Shown here piece after piece: positions 36,357 through 47,600 of a DNA stretch of 64,000 nt (the stretch's first letter is position 1; the number at the start of each line of letters is the position of its first letter). Made by a program: the position numbers and the translations under genes. A model generated the notes under the pieces. It was given only the letters and a program-made list of their open reading frames with translations, had not been told where the DNA came from and did no database searches. The DNA comes from an uncultured delta proteobacterium (GTDB lineage Bacteria; Desulfobacterota; BSN033; UBA1163). The stretch covers positions 288,001 through 352,000 of the forward strand of contig CAWHBU010000005.1 of NCBI GenBank assembly GCA_963827685.1, in the 5' to 3' direction.

Positions 36357-38447
36357 ATGGACAAACTCTTCTATCCGAAATCTGTGGTTGTGATCGGCGT
36401 TTCAGAAAACCCTGACAACCTCGCTCGAATCATTGTCGAAAACCTCTTCAAATTCCAATTCAAGGGGGAGATTATATTAGTAGGCAAAAAAGAGGGAATT
36501 CTCTTTGGAAGAAAAACCTATACGTCTCCGGATGAACTCAGAGAAGGCATCGACGTCGCCGTGATCCTCACGCCTGCTCCCACTGTCCCCGGGATACTGG
36601 AGGCCTGCGGCCAAAAAAAGATTCCATGGGCGATTATTGAATCAGGAGGATTCAGGGAATATTCCGACAAAGGGGCAGAATTAGAAAAAGAGGTCCTTCG
36701 GATTGCCAAGAAATGGGGAATTCGCATCGCCGGACCGAACGGAATTGGAATCATCAATGTCGAGAACGGTTTCGTCGTCCCCTTCGTCAAACTGAGACCG
36801 GAAATGGTCAATAAAGGAAAAGTCTCCGTCCTGGCGCAGAGCGGCGGAGTAACCATCGGCTATTTCAACCTGCTTGCCAGCGCCAATGTGGGGATAGCCA
36901 AGATGGTAAGCATGGGGAACAAATTGGATCTCAATGAGATTGATTACCTCAAATATCTGATCCAAGACCCACAGACGGAAATCATCGGCCTTTACCTGGA
37001 GAGCCTTGAAAGAGGAAGAGAATTAATGGAGATTGCACGATCCACCCCCAAGCCGATCATCCTCCACAAAGCCAATATTGGAGAAGGAAGCCACCACATC
37101 GCCAAACTTCATACAGCGGCTCTGGCGAACGACGATAGAGTGGTCGACGCAGCATTGAAGCAGTCGGATATCATCCGGGCAAGAGATTTTCGATTCTTTG
37201 CCAGTGCGGTAAAGATCCTTTCCCTTCCGCCCATGAAGGGAAACAGCCTGGTCGTCCTCTCCCGCTCCGGAGGCATTGCCATCGTGGCTGCGGATTCTGC
37301 CGAACGCTATGGCTTTAAGCTTTTTCCCCTGGCAAAGAGTTTTACAGGACGAATTCAAAGTTACTTCAGAGCAAAAGTGATCCAGCCCACCAATCCTCTC
37401 GATCTGGGCGACCTTTTCGACTTCGACCTCTATACGAAGATTCTTGACCAGGCCCTACGAATCAGGGGGGTAGATGGAATCCTATTCCAGCATGGCTCTG
37501 CCGGCGATGAAAAAGAGCCTTCCCGGAGATTGATTCACGCAGTCAAGGAACTCTCTTTCCGCCATAAAAAGCCAGTGGCTCTATGCTACTTTACCGAAGA
37601 AGAAGAGTTGGCCTTTATCAAGAGGACTTTCGACTACCCCATCTTCACGGAACCCAGTGAGGCGCTAAGCGCTTTGGCAGTTTCAAGGGAATATTTTCGG
37701 AAGCAAAACATTTTAAAGGAAAAACCCCCTACCTATCGAGCGGACCGTGGCCGGGTAAAACACCTCTTCCAAAAAGCAGCAGGAGAGAAGAGAGATCTCC
37801 TCCTCCCTGAGGCGTACGAAGTTCTCCAGGCATACGGCATTCCAGCGGCAGATTATCAAGTCGTTCACCAAAAAGAGGATTTGAAAAAAGCAATGAATAA
37901 AATAGGGGTTCCTGTTGCCCTCAAGATCATCTCCCCGGAAATCTCACACAAGTCTGATGTCGGGGGGGTCGTACTCAATATCAGCCAGGCATCAGAAGCT
38001 GAACAAACCTATGACAAGATGCAAAGACTTGTCAAAGGCCCTTCCTCCGGAGTACTGGTTCAGAAGATGGTCTCAGATGGAAAGGAGGTTATCTTAGGAG
38101 CGAAACAAGATCCTTCTTTCGGTCCGGTGCTTCTTTTTGGATTGGGAGGAATTTATGTAGAGGTCTTCAAGGAGACTTCTCTCCGGGTGGCTCCGATCAA
38201 TCGTTCCGAGGCCGAGGAGATGATATCGGAATTGAAAACATCGGCCATTCTCAAAGGCGTTCGAGGAGAAAAACCTCTGGATATTAGGGCACTGGTTGAA
38301 AATCTTCTTAGGCTTTCCCAGTTGATGATCGATTTCCCAGAGATCGAAGGAATTGATATCAATCCGGTGAAGGTTCTTGAAAAGGGAGCCATTGCAGTCG
38401 ATGCACGGATCGCCTTGAGCAAAACACATTTGGAATCTGAAACATAG
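36357..38447 (+). CDS. Acetate/acyl-CoA ligase (ADP-forming), alpha-beta fusion
   Basis: PKSVVVIG, GPNGIG, QSGG, NPLDL, HKSDVGGV and DINP motifs. Confidence 0.9.
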   Translation: MDKLFYPKSVVVIGVSENPDNLARIIVENLFKFQFKGEIILVGKKEGILFGRKTYTSPDELREGIDVAVILTPAPTVPGILEACGQKKIPWAIIESGGFREYSDKGAELEKEVLRIAKKWGIRIAGPNGIGIINVENGFVVPFVKLRPEMVNKGKVSVLAQSGGVTIGYFNLLASANVGIAKMVSMGNKLDLNEIDYLKYLIQDPQTEIIGLYLESLERGRELMEIARSTPKPIILHKANIGEGSHHIAKLHTAALANDDRVVDAALKQSDIIRARDFRFFASAVKILSLPPMKGNSLVVLSRSGGIAIVAADSAERYGFKLFPLAKSFTGRIQSYFRAKVIQPTNPLDLGDLFDFDLYTKILDQALRIRGVDGILFQHGSAGDEKEPSRRLIHAVKELSFRHKKPVALCYFTEEEELAFIKRTFDYPIFTEPSEALSALAVSREYFRKQNILKEKPPTYRADRGRVKHLFQKAAGEKRDLLLPEAYEVLQAYGIPAADYQVVHQKEDLKKAMNKIGVPVALKIISPEISHKSDVGGVVLNISQASEAEQTYDKMQRLVKGPSSGVLVQKMVSDGKEVILGAKQDPSFGPVLLFGLGGIYVEVFKETSLRVAPINRSEAEEMISELKTSAILKGVRGEKPLDIRALVENLLRLSQLMIDFPEIEGIDINPVKVLEKGAIAVDARIALSKTHLESET

Positions 38448-38486
38448 AGTGCTTCAAAATTATTTTTTCCAGAGCGTTGGTCGTTA

Positions 38487-39074
38487 TTAATGGTTTGTGA
38501 GATATTTTTTCATCCCATCAGAATTCGCAGTCATAGTATCTTTCCCATCCTCCCAGTCTGCAGGACAGACCTGACCTTCATGGGAGCTGACAAATTGGAA
38601 GGCTTTCATGACTCGCGTGGCTTCTGTCACCGAACGACCAACGGAGAGGCTATTGATGGTAGAGTGCATGATCACCCCTTCAGGACTGATCAGAAAAAGC
38701 CCTCGAAGGGCAACCCCTTCATCCTCCATGAGGATTCCATAATCTCGTGCTGTCCCTTTATTCAGGTCGGAGAGGAGTGGATAGTTGAGGCTGCCGCCAA
38801 GGCCGCCGTCCTCCCGTTTTGTATCCACCCAAGCTTTATGGACATAAATGGAGTCGACGGAGATGCCAAAAATCTGGCAACTGAGTTTGGCAAAATCTTC
38901 TACTGCCGCAGAGAAGTTAAGCACTTCGGTGGGACAGACAAAGGTGAAATCAAGTGGATAAAAAAGAAGAAGAACCCATTTCTTTCTGTAATCTGATAAT
39001 TTGTACCGACTGAATTGTCCATTAAAATAACCCTCCAGTTCAAAATCTGGGGCAGGTCTTCCAACTAAAGACAT
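38487..39074 (-). CDS. ahpC: 2-Cys peroxiredoxin (AhpC/Prx1)
   Basis: FYPLDFTFVCPTE and VCPADW motifs. Confidence 0.93.
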   Translation of the reverse strand: MSLVGRPAPDFELEGYFNGQFSRYKLSDYRKKWVLLLFYPLDFTFVCPTEVLNFSAAVEDFAKLSCQIFGISVDSIYVHKAWVDTKREDGGLGGSLNYPLLSDLNKGTARDYGILMEDEGVALRGLFLISPEGVIMHSTINSLSVGRSVTEATRVMKAFQFVSSHEGQVCPADWEDGKDTMTANSDGMKKYLTNH

Positions 39075-39152
39075 CGTTAAACCTCCTCTCTAAAAAAATG
39101 CCCTCTCGTTTTATACTAACATCCATCATCCAAAAATCAAATAGCGCACCCC

Positions 39153-39872
39153 TTACTTTTTCGACAGCTCTGGAACAATTTTTTGATAGCCAGCGGGGGG
39201 AAGGAAGACTTCATCCTTTAATTCCTTCTTTTCGATTTTCTTGACTTCTACCCGATTAATCGCCCCTAACCCATAAGTGATCGTGTGGTCTTTAATTAAA
39301 ATGGGAAACCCATAGGGCTTGAGTTTCTCATAAATTTCCCGGCCTTCTTTCATCTCGACCCTGAAATCTTTTGAAAACCCCTGGGCCACTCGATCCATCA
39401 CCTTTTCTATCTCTTTCATCTCCACGTCACGGGTCACCCAGTTCTCCTCGATCAGCTCATCGTCTGCCAATATCTCAACCTGTTCCGTCTGAAAACCGTT
39501 GATGACAGCAGTTCTGCCGGTCTTTCTGACGGCGATCTTCCTCTCCTTGGGCTTTATTCCCGGGAATTCTTTCTTGAGCCGCTTGGCTACTTCTCTCTCC
39601 CACTGGGAAAGTTTGACTTCGACATAACTCTTGGACCGGTGGTCAATCATCATCAGTCCATCTCCCTTGAAGTCCAAGATCGTCGTCAGCCCGCTCTCCT
39701 GATGATCGGTTCGAAATCGGTAGTCCGAATAGTAAAGCGAGGCTTTTGAAGGACCTCCGTCCCTGTCTCTCACCACCTGCTCAACCACCACCCCTGCCAG
39801 GCCTTTTCCAGGCACCTCCAACAAAAGCACACCTATCAACAATATCAGAAAAAATAGAGTCTTTGTTTTCAT
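39153..39872 (-). CDS. Secreted DUF4412-like protein
   Basis: Signal peptide; KTGRTAVING and F.PPAGY motifs. Confidence 0.7.
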   Translation of the reverse strand: MKTKTLFFLILLIGVLLLEVPGKGLAGVVVEQVVRDRDGGPSKASLYYSDYRFRTDHQESGLTTILDFKGDGLMMIDHRSKSYVEVKLSQWEREVAKRLKKEFPGIKPKERKIAVRKTGRTAVINGFQTEQVEILADDELIEENWVTRDVEMKEIEKVMDRVAQGFSKDFRVEMKEGREIYEKLKPYGFPILIKDHTITYGLGAINRVEVKKIEKKELKDEVFLPPAGYQKIVPELSKK

Positions 39873-40010
39873 GACCCTCTCCTTAATCTCCCTGGCACCT
39901 ACTTGTCGAGTCATTGAGTTATTAGGTCATTAACCTATTCAATTTTTAAGTTCTCATTCCGCAATCCGAAATCCCTGCTTACCAGCAGGCAGGCGCGTTC
40001 CCAAATATCA

Positions 40011-41624
40011 TTATAGCTCCGATTCCAATTCCTCTAATTTCTTGCTGACCTCCTCCAATTCCTTCAACCACCTGGAATCGTAAACTTCCGCTCCTCTCTT
40101 CTTCTCCTGTTTCAATTTTCGACGAAGCCTCTTATAAGTCCGATCCAAATGCCTGAACAGGACAGAAAAAGACTCTTCAGCGGGTAGTCCTTCGTCCACC
40201 CTTTCTTCTGACACACCCTTCTCTCCATCACCAAAGAGAACTCTCTTCTCCCTCCATTGCGGCACGGCCGTTTTAAAATGAAATTGTTCACGGATGAGTT
40301 GACTCAGCTCCATTGAAATCTTCTCTTCTCCATGATTGACAAAAACCTCAAGCTGAGGATGACGGATGTGGGAAATCCAATCGAGAAGCCCTTTCTGGTC
40401 AGCATGGGCAGAGAATCCTCCCAAGGTATGGATATGAGCTTTGACGGCAATTTCCTCTCCAAAAAGCCTGACCGTGTTGGCTCCATCAACAAGCCTCCTC
40501 CCAATGGTGCCCTCGGCTTGGTATCCGATGATGACGATGTGGGATTCTTCTCGCCAGAGGTGGTGCTTCAAATGGTGTTGGATCCTTCCGGAGTCACACA
40601 TCCCGCTGGCGGAAATGATAATCCCAGATCTCGGATCTTCGTTAATGGCTTTTGACTCCTCGGTAGTCTGGGTATAGAGGATGCCTGGAATCTCTAATGG
40701 ATTTTCTCCTCCCGATAGGAGGTCTTGGGTCTCCTGGTCAAAACAATCTGAATTCCTCTTAAAGATCTCCGTGGCGGAGATAGCCAGTGGACTATCGATA
40801 TAAATGGGAATCTGAGGAAGAGAGCCTTTTCTGATAAATTGGCCAAGGGTGTAAATAATATCTTGAGTTCGCTCCACCGCAAAGGCAGGGATGACCACCT
40901 TCGCTTGATGTGCGATAGCCTCCCGAACGATCTTCAACAATTCCTGAACCGTCTCTTCCCTTGATTTGTGAAGCCGATTCCCATAGGTGGATTCCAACCA
41001 AAGAACATCCCCCTCCTCAACGATCGATGGATCTCGAACGATAGGTTGGTCGGAGTTCCCCAAGTCTCCTGAAAAGATGATCTTTTTCTCATCTCTTCCC
41101 TCCTCGACCCAGATCTCAATGATCGCAGATCCCAGAATATGTCCGGCATCTTGAAAACGTGCCTTAACACCATCCGCCAACTGAATGATTTCATCATAAT
41201 GAATCGTCTGAAAAGATCGAAGGCTTTTTTCTGCATCTTCCACGGTGTAAAGAGGAATGGCATCGCCCTTCCCTGCTCTTTTGCCCTTACGATTCTGCCA
41301 CTCCGCTTCCATCTCCTGAATGTGTCCACTATCTTGAAGCATCACTTCACAGAGATCGGAGGTAGCCTTTGTACAGATCACTTTTCCTCGGAATCCTTCT
41401 TTGACCAGTTTTGGGATGAGACCACTGTGGTCAATGTGGGCATGAGTGAGTAAAATAAAAGAGAGGTCTTTCGCCTGGTAGGGTTGGAGGTTCCAGTTTC
41501 TCTGCTCATATTCCTTATTCCCTTGAAACATTCCACAATCGACCAGCCACTTTAATGAACCCTTTTCCAAGAGGGTGGCAGACCCTGTGACTGTTCGAAC
41601 CCCTCCTAAGAATTCAACTCTCAT
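40011..41624 (-). CDS. MBL-fold beta-CASP ribonuclease family protein
   Basis: THAHIDHSG, AGHILGS, ESTYG, SASGM and FSAHAD motifs. Confidence 0.92.
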   Translation of the reverse strand: MRVEFLGGVRTVTGSATLLEKGSLKWLVDCGMFQGNKEYEQRNWNLQPYQAKDLSFILLTHAHIDHSGLIPKLVKEGFRGKVICTKATSDLCEVMLQDSGHIQEMEAEWQNRKGKRAGKGDAIPLYTVEDAEKSLRSFQTIHYDEIIQLADGVKARFQDAGHILGSAIIEIWVEEGRDEKKIIFSGDLGNSDQPIVRDPSIVEEGDVLWLESTYGNRLHKSREETVQELLKIVREAIAHQAKVVIPAFAVERTQDIIYTLGQFIRKGSLPQIPIYIDSPLAISATEIFKRNSDCFDQETQDLLSGGENPLEIPGILYTQTTEESKAINEDPRSGIIISASGMCDSGRIQHHLKHHLWREESHIVIIGYQAEGTIGRRLVDGANTVRLFGEEIAVKAHIHTLGGFSAHADQKGLLDWISHIRHPQLEVFVNHGEEKISMELSQLIREQFHFKTAVPQWREKRVLFGDGEKGVSEERVDEGLPAEESFSVLFRHLDRTYKRLRRKLKQEKKRGAEVYDSRWLKELEEVSKKLEELESEL

Positions 41625-41670
41625 CGATTTATCTTCCCTCCAAGCCTCTTGCAAAGTAGCTCGGAATTAT

Positions 41671-41806
41671 TAATATAAACGCATTAAATCCTTTTACCTC
41701 GTCATTGCGAGCGACCAAAGGGAGCGTGGCAATCTCTCTTCATAACTGCGAGATTGCTTCGTCATTTCATTTCTCGCAAAGACAATTTATTAATGCGTTT
41801 GCATTA
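41671..41806. mobile_element. Palindromic MITE-like element with a GTCATTGCGAG...GCAATCTC/GAGATTGC core
   Basis: Outer TIRs TAATATAAACGCATTAA / TTAATGCGTTTGCATTA (15/17). Confidence 0.7.
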
Positions 41807-42019
41807 GTTCAAAGTCTTATTTTTATTTCTTATTTTTTTTCTGCGAACTCTTAACTCCGAATCCAAAACTTCCCAATGGGTTGACAACGAACTCTCTTTC
41901 TCCTAATATAAAATCTCGAAATTATCAATAAAAATCAGCGACAGTCCCCCTCCCCTACCCCTTTAAAATGGGGAAGGGAAAGCCTGCCTGCCGCAGGCAG
42001 GGATGGAAAAGGAGGAAAC

Positions 42020-42673
42020 ATGACGGATGAATTGTATATGATCAATGAGACGGCTGCCAGCGAATCCTGGAGGACGTTCCACATCATGGCAGAATTTGTG
42101 GAAGGGTTCGAAGCCCTCGGGAAATATCATCCTTCGGTGAGCATCTTCGGATCCACAAGAGTCAAACCCGGGGACGAGGTCTACAAGAAGGCGGAGCAAA
42201 TTGGCCGAATCCTGGCAGAGAATGGTTTTGGTGTCATCACAGGAGGAGGCCCTGGCGTCATGGAGGCGGCTAACAAAGGCGCTGCCTCTGCCGGAGGTAA
42301 TTCGATCGGCCTCAACATCGAAATTCCTTTAGAACAGAAGCCTAATCCTTATGCCAATGTCACGTTGCATTTCCGCTATTTCTTTGTGCGGAAGGTCATG
42401 TTTGTCAAATACGCGGTGGCCTATATCATCCTGCCTGGTGGGTTTGGAACCATGGATGAGCTGTTTGAAGCAGTGACACTCATCCAGACACACAAGATTA
42501 AACCCTTCCCGGTGATCTTGGTTGGATCGAATTATTGGAAAGGTCTTTTGGGTTGGATGAAGGAAGTGGTCTTAAAGGAGGGAAAGATCTCACCCTCGGA
42601 TTTGGAAATCCTTCAACTGATCGACGAACCGGCGGAGATCGTCAAGACCATCAAAAAAACGGTTATTCTCTGA
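42020..42673 (+). CDS. LOG family protein (Rossmann fold)
   Basis: TGGGPGVMEAAN, FFVRKVMF and PGGFGTMDE motifs. Confidence 0.92.
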   Translation: MTDELYMINETAASESWRTFHIMAEFVEGFEALGKYHPSVSIFGSTRVKPGDEVYKKAEQIGRILAENGFGVITGGGPGVMEAANKGAASAGGNSIGLNIEIPLEQKPNPYANVTLHFRYFFVRKVMFVKYAVAYIILPGGFGTMDELFEAVTLIQTHKIKPFPVILVGSNYWKGLLGWMKEVVLKEGKISPSDLEILQLIDEPAEIVKTIKKTVIL

Positions 42674-42741
42674 TCCCCTCATCCTTCCCTTCCCCTCCAA
42701 GAGGAGAGGATAGGGAGAGGGACACTCCAAACTTTATTCTT

Positions 42742-43743
42742 TCACGATTCACTGCGGAAGTGATGCACCCCATCTACGACATAGTAGGTGAGGAGGGTGG
42801 TCAACTCAATTAATTTTCTTTCCTCCTCTTCCGGAAGGTACCCCAATGATTCATTCCTGCAGATGGCCTCCCAAAGGCGAAGCCTTTTTCGAACCGTATG
42901 TTTATTGGAACCTGAGATCCAGAGGCTGACGCGCTCCGTGAGTGGTCTTGCATATTTTCGGATCAACTTCCACGCCGGAAGGAGATTTCTCCACCCATTT
43001 CCCGGTTTGACGAAGAGCTCATTCATATCGGTGAGATATTCTTGCAGCTCCTGATCCAGAATCTCCCCATCTAATCCCCACCACTCCGACACGGTCTCTT
43101 CAATCGTTGTATACATTTCATCTTGTTTCTTTTCCAGGTTCGAAGGTTCTTCTCCGGCGATCTCCTCCATTAAACGATCCACATAGGATAGTTTCTCTAA
43201 GGCGGTGGGCCAGTTTCGATATTTTACTTTCCAATGGGACCGGGGGTCGAGCCAGATGGCGAAGGTCTCTGCCCAATCCTCATCAGGATGTTTTTGAGCG
43301 TAGTGAGGATCCCCTAAATAGTGGAGATGCCTGACATAACTCTTCGACCAGGGATTCACCCGGTAGAGATATCCATCCCGATACTTCTTATGAAAATCCC
43401 CAAAGGTTTCTTTCCAATCTTTCCGTTGCCAAAGTTTATAGGCATAATTCACCGCATGGCCTGTTTCGTGACGCAGGGTCTTCATCATCTCCTCATTCGT
43501 CGGTATATCTTCCTCGAGGTCTTTTAATTCAGGCATGGCCGAATAGAAAGGGATGCTAATCGAAATCTTCTTATTCACACATCCCCACTCATTCCCAAAA
43601 TAGAAATCAGGCCACAAGAGAATTCGATGTCCTCTTAATTCCTTCTTTAGTCTCTTGAAGGAAGAAGCTAAACTTTCATTGGCATCCAGTTCCAAGTCGC
43701 AGATCCTGGTCGTCAAAAATTTCTGATAACTGATCTCGTCCAT
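42742..43743 (-). CDS. Putative zinc-binding metallopeptidase
   Basis: HETGH (HExxH) and YAQKHPDEDWAETF motifs. Confidence 0.8.
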   Translation of the reverse strand: MDEISYQKFLTTRICDLELDANESLASSFKRLKKELRGHRILLWPDFYFGNEWGCVNKKISISIPFYSAMPELKDLEEDIPTNEEMMKTLRHETGHAVNYAYKLWQRKDWKETFGDFHKKYRDGYLYRVNPWSKSYVRHLHYLGDPHYAQKHPDEDWAETFAIWLDPRSHWKVKYRNWPTALEKLSYVDRLMEEIAGEEPSNLEKKQDEMYTTIEETVSEWWGLDGEILDQELQEYLTDMNELFVKPGNGWRNLLPAWKLIRKYARPLTERVSLWISGSNKHTVRKRLRLWEAICRNESLGYLPEEEERKLIELTTLLTYYVVDGVHHFRSES

Positions 43744-44155
43744 ATCTATCAGCCTCTGAAATTTAATCCTAATGTTGAACAAATTCTTAATTTCGGGTTT
43801 TTAAAGGAGGGAAAACCTTTTTAAACAACTCAATAAAAGCTACGAGAGCTTTACCACATTCAACATTAGAGTCAATCTAAATATAATATTCATTTTCAAG
43901 AAGGTCAAAATAATTTTTTTCACAAGCATATTTCCTATGATTTCAATGAGTTACATGATATATGTGATTAGCCAACCGCCCATTCCGCTATTTCTAAGGG
44001 TAGGATACCCTCTCGATTCCTCTTTAAAAAGGAGGGGGTTTGAGTTCTAAATCCGCCTGTTAAAATGAAATTTTTTGTTGTTAATGTTAAGATGAACGAA
44101 TGGGATCGGATGGGGAAGTTCTCACTGCCTATCATTTGTGAGCGATAAAAAGATT

Positions 44156-44593
44156 TTAAAAAGAAATGACCTGAGCCATCTGTTCTGCATAAATTACAAC
44201 ATATCGCATCGCGAATCCTCCGATGAGGACAGATGTTGTAATGATTCCAGAAATCCAGGGATTATGTTCCCTCAGCTCTGCTTGTCCAATATAATGGGGA
44301 ATCAACTCATAGACCTCGAGGGCCAAAGGAAGGAGGATCCCCACTCCTACAACAAGGGTCCAGAAAAGGATGGTAAACTCGCCTCCCATGATTAGGTGGA
44401 CTGCTTCCGCAGAACTTCTTGGTGATACATATAAGCCCAAGATGAAGAGAAAGATAGCGATAATAGAAAAGACCATGAGCGTGAAGTCAATGGAATGGAT
44501 CATGAATTTATTGGTGTTGATATTCTCTCGACTCATCCCCCGAAATCCTTTAATAAAACAGCCCACAAAACAGATTGCCGCCGAACCCGTCAT
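44156..44593 (-). pseudogene. C-terminal fragment of an NrfD/PsrC-type membrane anchor
   Basis: FWTLVVGVGILLPL and LIGGFAMRYVVIYA.Q; the N-terminal two-thirds and partner genes are absent. Confidence 0.7.
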
Positions 44594-44656
44594 TATGTGG
44601 CGTGTGCCTTTGATGGCTATATCAAATTCCCGTCGAGCATCCTCCGTGCCGGGCTT

Positions 44657-47600
44657 TTAATTCGTCTTCCTCAAATAGTCAATCATGGGCTGTGTGACCA
44701 GAGGCACTACATCACTGATCATATGGGGCATCAAATGATCCATCACTTTGGGCATTAACTCTCCCATCTGCTCCTGCATATAATCCGGCATCGGCACTTG
44801 TTCAGCCACCCGCCCGAGCATCACCGGCATCACCTTCGGCATCATCAAGGGCAGCAGCTTAGGGAACAGGATAGGAAACATCGGCTTCATCAAGTCCAGT
44901 GCCCCTGGGATCTTGCCCATGAATCGCATCATTGATCCCATCCCAAGGGGCATGGCATCGATAAGCTCCGGCCACATGGTGCTCATCAAGTTGGCGAAGC
45001 CCTGAGGTGTCATCAAGGGAATCATCGCTTCAAAGACTGCCCACTGCCTGTGCACTTCTGGATTAGGATCGGGCAAATCGTAGCCCAGGGCCGAAGCTGT
45101 GAAGTGTGCGAGGTCCACCACTTCAATCGGAATCTTTTTCTTATCGGCACTGACACGGAGCTGAAATTCACAACAAGGACACAGGCTGAGCACCTTCTCT
45201 GCGCCCACTTCGAGCGCCTCATCCAGTCTTGTCTTGCCCACCTCAGCGGCCACGGGTGGATCCTTAATCAAGGTCAAAACACTTCCGCAACAGTGCCCCG
45301 CTTCTCGATTGTGCCGCATTTCAACCAAATGAACGCCTGGAATCGCCTGAATCACCTCCCGGGGAGGCTCGTAGACTCCGGAAGCACGGCCGATGTGACA
45401 CGAGTCATGCCAGGTGACCGTGACTGCTTTCTGTTTTTCCTTGGAGGGAAATAAAAGCTCTCCTGCCTTAATCTTCTCAGCCAGAACCTCGCTATAGTGC
45501 CTGGCGGTGATGCCGTATTCTAAGCCCAGCTTCTCTGCCCAGGCAGGATAGACCTGCCGCCACATCATATCACATGCCGGGCAAGAAGCAATGACCGTAT
45601 CGACCCCAGCCTCTTTCATCACTTTAAGGTTCTTCCGGAATGTTTCTTCGAAAACATCCCATTTCCCCGCAACCAGCATGGGTATCCCACAACAGCTCTC
45701 TCTTTCCCCTGAATAGGTAAAATCCACACCCGCAGCATCCAGCAAACGCACCGTGGCCAAAGCGATATCGTTCTCCACATAGCTGGCGGTGCAGCCTGCA
45801 AAATAAGCCACCTTGGCACGATGTGGGGGACCGTGCTTCTCCTCCAGGTCTTTAGGAAACCATGCGGCACGGTTTCTGCGGTAGGCCGCCCAGATGTTCC
45901 CCTCTTTCTGAAGCGCGGCGCCCATCATCTCAAAAGGAGGGAAGGTCATCTTCTTCTTTTCATTCACGAGCAGGCCTCGCAGCTTCATCCACGATGGTTC
46001 AATGGGCAGAGAGGCAGAGCAGCGCAGGTTACAGAGTTCGCAAGTAGTGCAGACCAGGATCGTGTCCACCATGAACTGATCCCACTGTTCGCGGCCTTCC
46101 ATATACTCCCTCAGCCAGTACCACTTGCCTCGGGGGCTTTGGCTTTCCCACCCACGACCGTAAAACTGGTCGCATTCATCCACACAGTAACCACATTGGG
46201 AACACCCATAAGCATACCAGGCCACATCCGCGGGGATACCACGGACAGGCTTTGTCGGGTGCTCGCCTATCGCCATAACGACAGAGTTTCCCACGAGCCG
46301 AAGGAGAGGCTCAAAGACCCCTGCCAGCCCAATGGCTGCACCCAGAAGACCATTGGTAATGACTTTACCTGGATTCATAATCGATTTTGGATCGATCTGA
46401 GCCTTCAAGACTTTCAACTGCTTAACTCTGTTTTCTCCCAAAATTTTGGGAGCCTTAGTCCCCAAATAAATGCCTGTGGCGAAGGCCCGTCCCCCATGTC
46501 TCTCAGCTATCTTAATCACTGTCAGAACCAGACCAAAGACAAGGTTGTAGGCAAACTTCCGCTCATCACTGGGGATAAAGCCCAAAATAACAACTTCAGG
46601 CTGGCCACTCGCGCCCTGCCGAATAACAACGCCTTCTTTGACAAGGGGTTGATTGACTTTGTCTTCAATCTCCTCCATCACATCCCCCAGTGCAGCGAGA
46701 GGAACGACAATCTCTGAAGGAACCAAGCTCGGTCCAAGTCGCTTTACGAGCATCAGTTTGAAGCGATTCTTCCATTCGTGCTCTGCAATTTCATGAGAAA
46801 GCAACTCTCCATTACAGGATCTGAGGAGCTCCGGCAATTGACTGATCACGGCCTCTCGATCCCTCTTGCGAAACGCTAAGGTGGTGATGTAGGAAAGCGG
46901 CAAAATGACCCGTTTCTCCGCTGGATGACCGTTGTGTTCCATTAAAGGAGCCTTATTCTTGAGTTCTGCCATGCGTGGGTTGATGAAAATCAATGACCAA
47001 ATGGGAAGCTTCTTATCTATAAAGGACTGCGCAAGTTGCTGGAAATCATGGGCCTTGGGGGAACTGATCGAGACAACTTCAAGCTCCTCCAAGGGCTGAA
47101 CACGAAGGGTTACTTCGCTAATCAGGCCGGTGATCCCTTCAACTTCGGAGATCAGATCAAGATCCTGGCCTTTGAACTCTCTGACTTCGCCGTTTGGAAG
47201 AACGACCCGTGCGCTGATTACATTATCCCGCAACCAGCCAGCCTCGTAAGAGCCAATACCTGCCCCACCCTGAGCCAGCCACCCGCCAACCGTGGAAGAG
47301 GGATAACTGCTCGGATAGAGCCTGAGGGTAAGCCTCTGTTTTTCCAGCTCCCGATCCAGTTTTTCCCATACCACACCTGACTCGACTGAGGCTGTCAAAG
47401 CCTGGGGATCAATACGGACAATCCTGTTCATTCTGTAAAAGTCGACAACAACGCCTTGCTTCATAGGTAAGACGCCACCATAACCAGAAGATGCCTTGCC
47501 TCGTGGGGTGAGAGGGATGTTATTCTCTTGTGCCCAGCGAACCAGCTCAACCAGCTCCTTTTCCGCCTCAGGTTGGACCACTGCATCCGGGGTCGTGTTT

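Noticed and set aside
38487-39074. Selenocysteine peroxiredoxin
   Set aside because: Both catalytic positions are Cys codons in an uninterrupted ORF.
45821-46717. Long antisense ORFs (also 5227-5994, 2803-3522 and others)
   Set aside because: They are shadows of well-supported genes on the opposite strand and carry no motifs.
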